Source: an uncultured Bacteroidales bacterium
GTDB lineage: Bacteria; Bacteroidota; Bacteroidia; Bacteroidales; UBA932
Length of the DNA stretch: 64,000 bases
Assembly (NCBI GenBank): GCA_904501835.1
Contig: CAJGBW010000001.1
Span: 2,441-66,440 of the forward strand
Direction of reading: 5' to 3'
Shown: positions 20,513-30,335 of the stretch, piece after piece
Position numbering within the stretch: position 1 is the first letter of the stretch
Layout of the letters: every line of letters begins with the position of its first letter
Notes under the pieces: generated by a model
The model's database searches: none
What the model was told of the DNA's origin: nothing
What the model saw: the letters and a program-made list of their open reading frames with translations, nothing else
Translations under genes and position numbers: made by a program

Positions 20513-21553
20513 CTGCAGCTGCTCTTCAGGCTCCTGCTCTTCGCTGGGAGGAAGGGCGGCTCTATGTTCCGGAAGAGAGAGGGAATTTCCTGCTTGCAAT
20601 TCGGATACGGCCGCTTTCAATTGGTCGATTTCCTGTTTGAGCGAAAAGATGGAGTGAATGATTTTCTCTCGGTCGCTCGCATTCATTCCGCCGGTATTCT
20701 CTTGCAGGACGGCCAATTGTCCGCTCTCTTCGCGGGGCATGTATTTGCTTAACTGTAAACTGGTTAACATCAATCGTTGGTCGCGATCCGATTGGCTGGT
20801 GGGCTGTGATTCCATCGTACAGACGCGGTGGGCGACACTCATCAATTCGCGGATGTTGCCCGGCCAACGGTAGGACTTGAGCATCTTTTCCGCGTCGTGC
20901 GTCAATTGTATGGGCTGGTAGCCGTTGCTGGCTGCGAAATCCAGACAGAATTTCTTGAAAAGCAGCGGTATATCCTCCACACGCTCGCGCAGGGACGGAA
21001 TTTGAATGGTAATCGTATTGAGACGATAATAGAGGTCGAGGCGGAAATGGTTTTGGCTGATGGCGTGCTGTAAATCCATATTGGTAGCAGCCACCACGCG
21101 GACATCGGTTTTCTGAATTTTGGAAGAGCCGACTCGCAAAAATTCGCCTTGCTGCAGCACGCGCAGAAGTTGGGCCTGGGTGTCGCGCGGCAATTCGCCG
21201 ATTTCATCCAGGAAAATCGTACCCCCGTCCGCTTCTTCAAAATAACCTTTTCGGGCTTCGATGGCGCCGGTGAACGAACCCTTTTCGTGTCCGAACAATT
21301 CGCTGTTGACCGTGCCTGTGGGAATGGCACCGCAGTTTACGGGCAGCAGTTTCTTGCTTTTCCGCAAGCTGAAGTCGTGGATGATGCGCGAAAAGGCATC
21401 CTTACCCACACCACTTTCTCCGATAATCAGCACGGGTGCATTGGTCTTGGCCACATTGACAGCGGTGCTGATGGCTAAGTCCAGTTCCGGCGAATTTCCG
21501 ACGATGTTATATCGGTTCTTGATGGCCGTTAAATCTATGTTTTGGCGCGACAT
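20489..21553 (-). CDS. Sigma54-dependent (Fis family) activator AAA+ domain, prematurely stopped by a frameshift
   Basis: GESGVGKD, NCGAIP, SELFGHEKGSFTGA, FLDEIGE, FRLDLYYRL, WPGNIREL. Confidence 0.9.
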   Translation of the reverse strand: MSRQNIDLTAIKNRYNIVGNSPELDLAISTAVNVAKTNAPVLIIGESGVGKDAFSRIIHDFSLRKSKKLLPVNCGAIPTGTVNSELFGHEKGSFTGAIEARKGYFEEADGGTIFLDEIGELPRDTQAQLLRVLQQGEFLRVGSSKIQKTDVRVVAATNMDLQHAISQNHFRLDLYYRLNTITIQIPSLRERVEDIPLLFKKFCLDFAASNGYQPIQLTHDAEKMLKSYRWPGNIRELMSVAHRVCTMESQPTSQSDRDQRLMLTSLQLSKYMPREESGQLAVLQENTGGMNASDREKIIHSIFSLKQEIDQLKAAVSELQAGNSLSLPEHRAALPPSEEQEPEEQLQDENYLRL

Positions 21554-21690
21554 AACTGCAAAAGTCATAATTTTCGCAAAGATAGTAATAAAAAATTCCC
21601 CAAAGTATGATTTTTGTAAAATAATGATTAACTTTGCAGGTCATATTTTGACATAATTTGGATTTTAACCATTTAAAGATTTATAAAAAC

Positions 21691-23328
21691 ATGAAAGGTA
21701 TTAAACTTTTTTCCGCTGCCCTTCTTGCTCTTGCTACCGTAGCTTGTAGCTCCCCCAAGAAAATGGCAGAGCAGGCTGAAAACGTATTGGTCGCTTGTCA
21801 GCCCGAAACTTTGGAAGTTGTAGCCGGTAACGTGGACGTTGAAGTTGCTGTTACTTATCCTGCCGATTACTTCCTTCCTGATGTGTACCTCAAAGTGACT
21901 CCCGTAGTTGTTTATGAGGGTGGTGAGTACAAATTGGATGAGCTTACCTATCAGGGTGAAAAAGTACAGGACAACTACAAAGTAGTTCCTACCGCTGGTG
22001 GCGTTGTTACCGAGAAACTTTCTTTCCCTTTCCAGGCTGGAATGGAGAAATGCTACCTCGAACTTCGCGGTGTAGTATCTAAAGGCAAACAGTCTGTAGA
22101 GCTTCCTTCCAAGAAAGCTGCTGACGGTTGCAACACTACTTACACTTTGGTTTGCAAGAAAGGTAAAGTAGACTACAAAGCAGACAACTACAAAGAAATC
22201 ATCTATGAGAACCCTGAGGCTCAGATTCTTTACACCATCAACTCTTCAGTTGTTCGTGGCAAAGAACTTCGTGGTCAGAGCGTGAAAGACTTCCAGGCTG
22301 CTTTGGATGAGGCCAACGCTAACGAGCGCAAGACCATCACCGGTGTTGAGGTGGTTGCTTATGCTTCTCCCGATGGAAAAGAGGCTCAGAACGACAAACT
22401 TTCTGACAATCGTTCCAAGAGCGCAGAGAAAGCTTTTGCAAAATTTGCTAAGGGCAAAAATGTAACTGCTTCCGGCGTGAAGAGCGTAGGCGAGGACTGG
22501 GATGGCTTCCAGGAGCTTGTTGCCGAGTCTAACATCGAGGACAAAGACCTTATCATTCGCGTTCTTTCTATGTATAGCGATCCTGCTGTTCGTGAGAAAG
22601 AAATCAAGAATATGTCAGCTGTTTACAAATCACTTGCAAAAGAGGTTCTTCCTGAACTCCGTCGTGCTCGTTTCATCGCGACTGTTGAGAACAAGAACTT
22701 TACTGCTGAGGAGTTGAATGTTCTCGTTGAGGAGAATATCGACGTACTTGATGAAGAGGCTCTTCTTCGTGCCGCTTCTCTTAAGAAGAATGATGCTGAC
22801 CGTGTTGCTATCTACAAGAAAGCTATCGAGAAATTTGCCAGCGCAAGAGCTCAATACAACTTGGCTGTAGCTTACTTCAAAGGTGGCGACTTGGCTGCTG
22901 CAAAAGCAGAGGCTGACAAATGCGCCAAAGATGCTGATGTAAACAACCTTCTCGGTGTGTTGGCTCTTAACAACAATGATGTTGACGCTGCTGAGGCTTT
23001 CTTCGCTGCTTCCGGCAACGCTACTTCCAAAGAGAATATGGCTGTTGTAAACGTATTGAAAGGCGACTATGCTGCCGCTGCTACCAACTTGGCTGCTGTT
23101 AAGAAATCTTACAACAAAGCCCTTGTTTGCGTGCTCAATGGCAACTACGCTGCTGCCGCTGAAGCTGTTTGCTGCTGCGACTGCGCTTGCAACGCTTACT
23201 TGAAAGCCGTTATCGCTGCTCGTCAGGGTAAAGCAGAAGAGGTTAAGACCAACCTCGAGGCTGCTAAGAAAGACGCCAAATTGGCTGCCCGCGCTGAGAA
23301 AGATATCGAATTCGCACAGTTCAACTAA
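21691..23328 (+). CDS. Lipoprotein with OmpA-like and TPR regions
   Basis: Lipobox TVAC; AYASPDG...N..LS..R, GEDWDGF, LPELRR; Ala-rich TPR repeats. Confidence 0.75.
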   Translation: MKGIKLFSAALLALATVACSSPKKMAEQAENVLVACQPETLEVVAGNVDVEVAVTYPADYFLPDVYLKVTPVVVYEGGEYKLDELTYQGEKVQDNYKVVPTAGGVVTEKLSFPFQAGMEKCYLELRGVVSKGKQSVELPSKKAADGCNTTYTLVCKKGKVDYKADNYKEIIYENPEAQILYTINSSVVRGKELRGQSVKDFQAALDEANANERKTITGVEVVAYASPDGKEAQNDKLSDNRSKSAEKAFAKFAKGKNVTASGVKSVGEDWDGFQELVAESNIEDKDLIIRVLSMYSDPAVREKEIKNMSAVYKSLAKEVLPELRRARFIATVENKNFTAEELNVLVEENIDVLDEEALLRAASLKKNDADRVAIYKKAIEKFASARAQYNLAVAYFKGGDLAAAKAEADKCAKDADVNNLLGVLALNNNDVDAAEAFFAASGNATSKENMAVVNVLKGDYAAAATNLAAVKKSYNKALVCVLNGNYAAAAEAVCCCDCACNAYLKAVIAARQGKAEEVKTNLEAAKKDAKLAARAEKDIEFAQFN

Positions 23329-23356
23329 TCGGTTGAATATTAGCTGATAAAAGATG

Positions 23357-23386
23357 AGCCGAGGTCGAAAGACTTCGGCTTTTTTT
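23357..23386 (+). terminator. Intrinsic terminator
   Basis: AGCCGAGGTC-GAAA-GACTTCGGCT followed by T run. Confidence 0.85.
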
Positions 23387-23397
23387 CGTTGGATAAT

Positions 23398-23428
23398 TTT
23401 GCAGAGTCAATTGAAATTTATATATTTG
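23398..23428 (+). promoter_or_regulatory. Bacteroidota sigma70 promoter of the SusC/D locus
   Basis: TTTG (23398-23401), 19 nt spacer, TATATTTG (23421-23428). Confidence 0.65.
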
Positions 23429-23476
23429 CGTGTTATATTGTATAAAACTAAACACTAATAATTTATCATTCAATTT

Positions 23477-23629
23477 ATGCGTAAAAACAGTCAATTCTCG
23501 GAGCGTTATGTGGCTCCCGAATTAAAACAAGTCCAAACGGATTTGTCCAGCAGCGTATTGGCAAACTCCATTGACGGAGCGAGTTCAATCGAAAATTACA
23601 CAGAAGTAACTGTCTCTTGGGACGAATAA
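23477..23629 (+). CDS. Small YxxP-motif peptide (50 aa), absent from ORF track
   Basis: MRKNSQFSERYVAPELKQVQTDLSSSVLANSIDGASSIENYTEVTVSWDE*; follows promoter, stop 10 nt before next ATG. Confidence 0.7.
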   Translation: MRKNSQFSERYVAPELKQVQTDLSSSVLANSIDGASSIENYTEVTVSWDE

Positions 23630-23639
23630 TCGACGCGCT

Positions 23640-26600
23640 ATGAAAACGAATTTCAAATCTATTCTTTCTGCAGCATCGATTGTGATGCTTTTGGCTTCTT
23701 GTGCCAAAGAAATGACCCCTTCTGCCGGAGACGGCTCCGCTCTTGTTTTTTCAGCAACGACGGCTGCAACGAAAACGACCATTGAAAATGGAACTGGCAA
23801 CGAGCGTATTGTAAAATGGGCCGCTGGTGACGAGGTATCCATCTGGTGGGATGGTGGCAATACCGATTCTTATGCTGCCGGCGCAGGTACTACGACAACT
23901 TTCTCCTTCGTGGGAGCAGAGGGTGAGGCGACCTATTATGCCGCTTATCCCGGTTCAGCTGCAACGGCCTTTGCCGGAGACTCTCTCACAATTGCTGTTT
24001 CCGACAAACAGGATGGTACTTTTGCTTCTGCCAATATCGCAGTGGCTACTTCCACTTCTGCCGCCAAGAACTTCCCCTTCTATAACGCTTCAGCGCTTGT
24101 GAAGTTCAATGTGGGTTCTGCCGAGTACACCAAGGCTGTTTTCCGCGGCGCCAATGGCGAAAATTTGACCGGTTCTTACGCGGTTAAGTTTGCCGGTGCG
24201 GGAATTACTGTCGGTGACGTGACTTCAGCAGGTACCTCTGTCGAAATTGATTTGAACGGTGCAGGAACTTATTATTTCTCAGTTCTTCCTGATGTGACTT
24301 TGCCCGATGGATTTTCTATCGCATTGTATAAAGACGGCGAAGCTGTTCCTGCCGCTTCTTTGGCAAAAAATCTTGAATTGAATCGCTCTGTCATTACCGA
24401 TTTGGGCAACATCGACGGCCGCGTTCGTTCTGATTACTTTGTGACCGTAGCCGGTGCCGGTAAGAAGAACGGTTCTTCTTGGGAAAATGCCTTGGGCGTT
24501 GCTGAATTGCGCGAAATGCTCATCCAGCCCTTGGATGACAATGGTGACCAAAATACAGGACAGGCTTCTTATAAAGCATCCCGTCTCAATGGTGCAACCT
24601 TCCATATGGCAGCTGGTGATTATCACATTGCAGGCGAGGCAACTCATGTCAAAGTGGAATTCTCTCATTACGAGACTCCTGTAAAAACTACCTTCTTGGG
24701 TGGATATCCTGCAGATTTGACGGGAACTGAGCTCAGTGGCCGTTCTGCAGATAACAAGACTGCGTTTACCGGTAACAAACAGTCCGGTATCTTCACTTTC
24801 GGAAACCAGGTTGACTTCTCTTTCGATAAAGTTGATTTCAAGGATGTAAAAACGAATACAGGTTCGGTGGTTGCTATTTATGCGGCTTCCGGTCAGACCG
24901 GTTCTTGTGACCTTGCTTTTACAAACTGTTCTTTCTTGGATAATATCCAGACCGACAAGAGTCAGACCGGTGCAACCTTTACTACAGGTAAAGCCAATGT
25001 AACGGTGGATAATTGCTATTTCAGCGGCAACGAGGCACGCAATGCGCCTGCTTTCAACGCCGGTGTCAATTCCGTTGTTACCATTTCAAACTCTCAGTTT
25101 GTCGGCAACAAGACTTGGAATACTTCCGGTGCTGTGCAAAATGGCGGTGCTACTATGACAGTAAGCAACACGCTTTTCCAGGGCAACGAATCCGGTCGTG
25201 ACTCTACCATGTATGCTGCAGGTGGTGCTTTCCATGGCAACGGAACCAACTCTGTGACGACCTTTAAGGATTGTCAGTTCATTGAGAATAAATCCAAGGT
25301 GGGTGGCGCAATCTCTGTTCAGGAAGCGAAGGTGATTCTCGAGGGATGTACCTTCCAGCGTGATACCGCTTACAGGAATCTTGGCATTACAAGCACAAGT
25401 GGTGCAGACAAACGTGCCGGTGGTGCGATTTTCGTTGCCGGTAATAGCGCAGAAATTACCATCAATGACTGCGACTTCCTTGACAACCGCGCTCCTTATG
25501 GTTCCGGTGGTGCGATTGCTGTTACTGCTGCAAAATCCGTTGTTATTAACGCCGGTACGACATTCAAAAACAACAGCTGTAACTACGAAGGTGGTGCAAT
25601 TTATATGTTGAAAAACTTTACGATTGCAGGTACGAATGCCGACCCCGTATTGTTTGAAAACAACAAGACCACCCACAACGGAAATCAAGTGGGTAATGGT
25701 GGTGCAATCTGGTTGAATGAGGGAACGACTTCGACTGTCGCATATGCACGCTTTGTAGACAACTGCGCTGGTGTTGGAAACAACTTCTCCAATGGTGGTG
25801 GTATCTATATGAAGGGTGTTACCAAATTCTTGGCTGAAAACTGTTATTTCTCCGGCAACTTGGGCCGTAACGGTGGTGCTGCCAATCTTCAGTTGGGCGG
25901 AGGCTCTGACTGTAAGTTTATTTCTTGTACCTTTGAGAAGAATTATCTGAATGCCTCAAACGCCAATTTTGGCAGCGCAACTTTAGGAAACTGTAACTTC
26001 CATGGTGGAGCTGTCTGTGTCGGTTATGGTACGGCGCAATTTGAAAAATGTACATTCAATGATAATATCTCCTACAATGGTTCGGGCGTATTCCATATCA
26101 ATAACAACTCGTCGATAGTAAAATGTACCGATTGTACCTTTACCAACAACCAGAGCCCGAATGGAAACGGAGGTGCTATTACGCTTGAAAAAGGTAAGTT
26201 CTACGCTACCGGTTGTACCTTTAGTGGTAACCAGGTGGGTTCTAAGAACCATGGTAGTGTGATGCGTATCGACGCCAACGGTACAGAGGCTGAATTTACC
26301 TCTTGTCTCTTTACGGGCAATATCGCGAACAACCAAGGTGGCGCCTGCTTTAATGCCAACGGAAAAGGTCTTTTGAAAATCAACAATTGCGTCTTTACCG
26401 GCAATAAAGCCAAGAGTCGCGGTGCCTGCTTCCAGACAAATACGGGCCATGTTATCTTTGTCAACAATTCGACCTTCTACAACAACACGACTTCAGATTC
26501 TGGTAATAGTTGGGGTGTGGTAAGCCATGGAAATGCAACGCTTTGTATGAATAATGCGACTATCTATGGAAACAAAAATACCAATGCATCACAGAATGCT

Positions 26601-27116
26601 GTCGTTTCTCTGAATGGTGACAACTCCATGTTGCTATCCAACTGTACGGTGATCGAGTCCGATAATTTATCGTTGATTCGTGCTAACACTGCCGGACACC
26701 TTCTTACGCTTGCCAACAATATTTTGGTGAACACCGCTGCAGGTAAAAACTTGTTCGAGCTCAATGCCGGTGTGACCCTTACGGCTGTTGGCAATGCCAC
26801 GAGTACTTCTAACGTGACTTTACCCGAAGGCAACCTTGCCGGTTTGACCGAGGCTACGTTCAGCGGTTCTTATGACTCTGCTGCGGGTGCTTATATGTGG
26901 AACGGTGTGGTCAGCGGATTTACGGCAGCCACGTCAGAGCAGATTGCTAATGCTATTAAGTCTTTCTCTCGCACCGAGGAGTACACGGGCTCAACGGCCA
27001 TCGGTACACTTTTCTACAACTGGCTGACCTCACTGACGCCCAACGCGTTGACAGTAGATGGTCGTGGTGTTGCCCGTACCGGTACAATGTGGCCGGGTGC
27101 TTACCAGAACAATTAG
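23640..27116 (+). CDS. Surface lipoprotein: fimbrillin-like N-domain plus right-handed beta-helix (GGA[IV]/FxxN repeats)
   Basis: Lipobox LASC; TKT..W..GD...YYAAYP...QDGTF; many CxFxxN and GGAI rungs; C-terminal DGRGVAR...WPGAYQ. Confidence 0.8.
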   Translation: MKTNFKSILSAASIVMLLASCAKEMTPSAGDGSALVFSATTAATKTTIENGTGNERIVKWAAGDEVSIWWDGGNTDSYAAGAGTTTTFSFVGAEGEATYYAAYPGSAATAFAGDSLTIAVSDKQDGTFASANIAVATSTSAAKNFPFYNASALVKFNVGSAEYTKAVFRGANGENLTGSYAVKFAGAGITVGDVTSAGTSVEIDLNGAGTYYFSVLPDVTLPDGFSIALYKDGEAVPAASLAKNLELNRSVITDLGNIDGRVRSDYFVTVAGAGKKNGSSWENALGVAELREMLIQPLDDNGDQNTGQASYKASRLNGATFHMAAGDYHIAGEATHVKVEFSHYETPVKTTFLGGYPADLTGTELSGRSADNKTAFTGNKQSGIFTFGNQVDFSFDKVDFKDVKTNTGSVVAIYAASGQTGSCDLAFTNCSFLDNIQTDKSQTGATFTTGKANVTVDNCYFSGNEARNAPAFNAGVNSVVTISNSQFVGNKTWNTSGAVQNGGATMTVSNTLFQGNESGRDSTMYAAGGAFHGNGTNSVTTFKDCQFIENKSKVGGAISVQEAKVILEGCTFQRDTAYRNLGITSTSGADKRAGGAIFVAGNSAEITINDCDFLDNRAPYGSGGAIAVTAAKSVVINAGTTFKNNSCNYEGGAIYMLKNFTIAGTNADPVLFENNKTTHNGNQVGNGGAIWLNEGTTSTVAYARFVDNCAGVGNNFSNGGGIYMKGVTKFLAENCYFSGNLGRNGGAANLQLGGGSDCKFISCTFEKNYLNASNANFGSATLGNCNFHGGAVCVGYGTAQFEKCTFNDNISYNGSGVFHINNNSSIVKCTDCTFTNNQSPNGNGGAITLEKGKFYATGCTFSGNQVGSKNHGSVMRIDANGTEAEFTSCLFTGNIANNQGGACFNANGKGLLKINNCVFTGNKAKSRGACFQTNTGHVIFVNNSTFYNNTTSDSGNSWGVVSHGNATLCMNNATIYGNKNTNASQNAVVSLNGDNSMLLSNCTVIESDNLSLIRANTAGHLLTLANNILVNTAAGKNLFELNAGVTLTAVGNATSTSNVTLPEGNLAGLTEATFSGSYDSAAGAYMWNGVVSGFTAATSEQIANAIKSFSRTEEYTGSTAIGTLFYNWLTSLTPNALTVDGRGVARTGTMWPGAYQNN

Positions 27117-27135
27117 TATATATAATATATAAGGT

Positions 27136-30100
27136 ATGAAAGCATTTTTCAAACCGATTATCCGTTTATTCTTTTTCGCACTGCTCTCCCTTGTCTCTTT
27201 GGACTTGGGAGCGCAGTCGAAGATTACGGTAACCGGTCTTGTTTCTGAGGAAACAGGCGCCCCCGTCATCGGTGCGGCCGTCATGTTGAAAGGTTCTGCC
27301 AATGTCGGTACCGTTACCGGCTTGGATGGCGACTTTTCAATCAGTGTACCCGAGAATGCCGTTCTCGAGTTCTCCTTCTTCGGTTTCAAAACCCAGGAAA
27401 TTGCGGTAAATGGTCAAAGTGTGATCAATGTCACTTTGGCGGTTGATACCCAAAGCTTGGAAGAGGTTGTGGTCGTTGGTTATGGTACCGCATCCAAGAA
27501 ACTGATTTCTTCTTCTATCGCCAGCGTGAAGATGGACGACATCGACCGCGGTGCTGAAATCGACCCTGTGAAATCTTTGCAGGGACGTGTTACGGGTGTG
27601 AGTGTGACCAGTCCTTCCGGTATCCCCGGTGCGGCTCCCAACATCATTGTGCGTGGTGTCAGCTCTATTTCCGGCTCATCATCTCCTCTTTATGTAGTAG
27701 ATGGAATTCCTGCCGAGAGCTATCCCAATATCAACGCCAACGATATTGAGAGTATGGAGGTCTTGAAAGATGCGTCTGCAACAGCCATTTATGGTAGCCG
27801 TGCCAACGCCGGTGTCATCATCATCACCACCAAATCCGGTAAAGCCGGTAAGACCAAGGTGGATGTGGATGCGAACTTCGGTCTGGCGCAGGTGGCTAAT
27901 GATATCAAGATGGCCAACACCAGCCAGTATATCGATGTGATGCAGGCTGCTATCGATAACTATAACGTGTATGTAGCAGAAAAAGGTTCCGGAAGTTTGA
28001 AAGAGCTTTACATTCCTGATAATCCTGCGGATTTCGACTGGGTGGGTGCTATTTCTCGCAAATGGGCCCAGAGACGTGCTGTCACGGCCAGTCTTCAAGG
28101 CGGTTCAGACAAGACCACTTTCTATATTTCTACCGGTTACGAAGGTCAGGAAGGTTATCTCAATAAGACTGAGTTTAACAAATATACCATCCGTACCAAA
28201 GTAGGACACGAAATCGCAAAATGGATCAAGCTCAATGTCAATATCGCCGGCGCGTATGCCCGTTACGACATGACCGAGGAGCAGGATGGTTCCTTGAAGG
28301 TGCTTCGTGCAGCCCGTGAGGAGCAGCCTTGGTACACCCCTTATTGTACCCGTTCTATCAACGATTTCGGAAAGGAAGTTCGCGAGAATGCTTACAGCGG
28401 CGACTATCGTACCATGAGTACAGACGCGCTGGTGCGTCACAATCCTGTGATGTGTATCAATGAGGAAGACTACTACAACAATAAGTACCAGCTTTCCGGT
28501 ACGGCTTCCTTTGATATCACGCCGATCAAGGGTTTGAAATATACCCCTTCTATCAGCGCTTATACCATTTATGATCATAGCATCAAGAAACTCACCGAGA
28601 AAAATACCGAGCGTGGTTACAAAGATGGTTGGCATGCCCTTACGGAGCAGAAGAACAATTCTATCCGCTGGGTGTTTGACAACGTGATCAGCTGGAATCA
28701 CGAGTGGGAAAAATTGACCTACAACTTGATGGCGGGTCACTCTTTTGAGAAATATGAGTACAATACCTTTGGTGCAGCCTCTGATAACTACGCCAATCAG
28801 GCTTTCCCCTCATCAGGATTTAACTTGATTACTTCAGGTTCTAATATTTACGCCGGTTCTATCGGATACAATGCTTACGCGCTTGAGTCTTACTTTGCAC
28901 GTGCTGCATTCAACTGGGACAACCGTTATATCCTTAACTTGTCCTTCCGTGCTGACGGTTCTTCCCGTTTCCCGAAGAACAACCGTTTCGGATTCTTCCC
29001 TGCCGGCTCTTTCGCCTGGATTATGACCAACGAGCCTTTCTTCCCGAAAGACACCGCATTGAGCCAATTTAAGCTCCGTGCTTCTGTGGGTCAGACCGGT
29101 TCTATGGCAGGTATCGGCAACTGGGCTGCCATGAACCTTGTGAATGCAGGTTCTTCTTACAATGGCGTGTCCGGTCTTGCTTTCGGTGCTCCTGCACAGG
29201 ATCTCAAATGGGAGAAATCTACCAAGTACAACATCGGTTTCGACTCGGATTGGTTCTCTGATAAGATGTATGCCAACTTCGACTTCTATTATTCAAGAAC
29301 CGACGATTTGCTTTATAGCAAACCTGTTATCGCAACTTCCGGTTATACCTCACTTACTTCCAACATTGGTCAGATGGACAACCTCGGTATCGAACTTACC
29401 GTAGGTGGTACCGTGTTGAATGTGGGCGATTTCAAATGGGATATGATGGCCAACTTCTCATGGGCAAAGAACAAACTCGTGAAACTGTTGGATAATACCG
29501 ATTTGATTTATGTGAACTCTTCCAACCTTTATGGTGGAAACAAACACGCGATTATTACCGGCCAGCCTATCAGTACCTGGTATATGCTCAAGGCTGAAGG
29601 CCTCTATCAAGATGATAGCGAGGTACCTGAAAAATTGTATGCCAAGGGTGTACGTGCAGGTGACGTGAAATACTACGACGCCAATGGTGACGGTGATATC
29701 GATTACAACAACGACCGCGTCATCAATGGCAAGGCAACGGCCGATTTCTTCGGTGGTTTGAATTCCAATATGAGCTGGAATGGCCTGGAACTCAATATCT
29801 TCTGTCAGTATAGCATAGGCGGTAAGATTTTCGCCGCTTGGAAAGGTGCCGGTCAGGAAGGTACGGAGCATATGGGACTTTCTTCCGGTAGTGTCGTGGC
29901 CGACAATGCCAAGAGCACAACCCAATACTTCAACGTAAGCCGTCATGCTGCCTTGAATTATTGGAGAGGCGAGGGTACTTCCAATACCATTCCCCGTCCT
30001 ACCGTTGCCGGTATGCACACGGGTTGGGATGTGGATTACAATATCTTGACCTCATCCCGTTTCTTGCAGGATGCTTCCTACTTCAAGGTAAAGACCATTA

Positions 30101-30321
30101 CTTTGGCTTATCACTTGCCTCAAAGATGGATGGATCGCATCAAGATGGGTGGAATCAAGGTGTTCTTTACGGTGGATAACGCCTTCACCTTTACTTCTTA
30201 TGATGGTTATGACCCTGAAGTTTCCATCGACAGCGGCCCTGCGGGTGCCAACTACGGTGTGGACTTCGGTTATCAGCCGACGCTTCGTTCTTTCTTGTTG
30301 GGAGCCTCATTTAAATTCTAA
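27136..30321 (+). CDS. susC: SusC/RagA TonB-dependent outer membrane transporter
   Basis: LEEVVVVGYG, PLYVVDG, DIESMEVLKDASATAIYGSRANAGVIIITTK, RADGSSRF, LKWEKS, C-terminal F. Confidence 0.95.
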   Translation: MKAFFKPIIRLFFFALLSLVSLDLGAQSKITVTGLVSEETGAPVIGAAVMLKGSANVGTVTGLDGDFSISVPENAVLEFSFFGFKTQEIAVNGQSVINVTLAVDTQSLEEVVVVGYGTASKKLISSSIASVKMDDIDRGAEIDPVKSLQGRVTGVSVTSPSGIPGAAPNIIVRGVSSISGSSSPLYVVDGIPAESYPNINANDIESMEVLKDASATAIYGSRANAGVIIITTKSGKAGKTKVDVDANFGLAQVANDIKMANTSQYIDVMQAAIDNYNVYVAEKGSGSLKELYIPDNPADFDWVGAISRKWAQRRAVTASLQGGSDKTTFYISTGYEGQEGYLNKTEFNKYTIRTKVGHEIAKWIKLNVNIAGAYARYDMTEEQDGSLKVLRAAREEQPWYTPYCTRSINDFGKEVRENAYSGDYRTMSTDALVRHNPVMCINEEDYYNNKYQLSGTASFDITPIKGLKYTPSISAYTIYDHSIKKLTEKNTERGYKDGWHALTEQKNNSIRWVFDNVISWNHEWEKLTYNLMAGHSFEKYEYNTFGAASDNYANQAFPSSGFNLITSGSNIYAGSIGYNAYALESYFARAAFNWDNRYILNLSFRADGSSRFPKNNRFGFFPAGSFAWIMTNEPFFPKDTALSQFKLRASVGQTGSMAGIGNWAAMNLVNAGSSYNGVSGLAFGAPAQDLKWEKSTKYNIGFDSDWFSDKMYANFDFYYSRTDDLLYSKPVIATSGYTSLTSNIGQMDNLGIELTVGGTVLNVGDFKWDMMANFSWAKNKLVKLLDNTDLIYVNSSNLYGGNKHAIITGQPISTWYMLKAEGLYQDDSEVPEKLYAKGVRAGDVKYYDANGDGDIDYNNDRVINGKATADFFGGLNSNMSWNGLELNIFCQYSIGGKIFAAWKGAGQEGTEHMGLSSGSVVADNAKSTTQYFNVSRHAALNYWRGEGTSNTIPRPTVAGMHTGWDVDYNILTSSRFLQDASYFKVKTITLAYHLPQRWMDRIKMGGIKVFFTVDNAFTFTSYDGYDPEVSIDSGPAGANYGVDFGYQPTLRSFLLGASFKF

Positions 30322-30335
30322 AAAAGGAGAGAATT

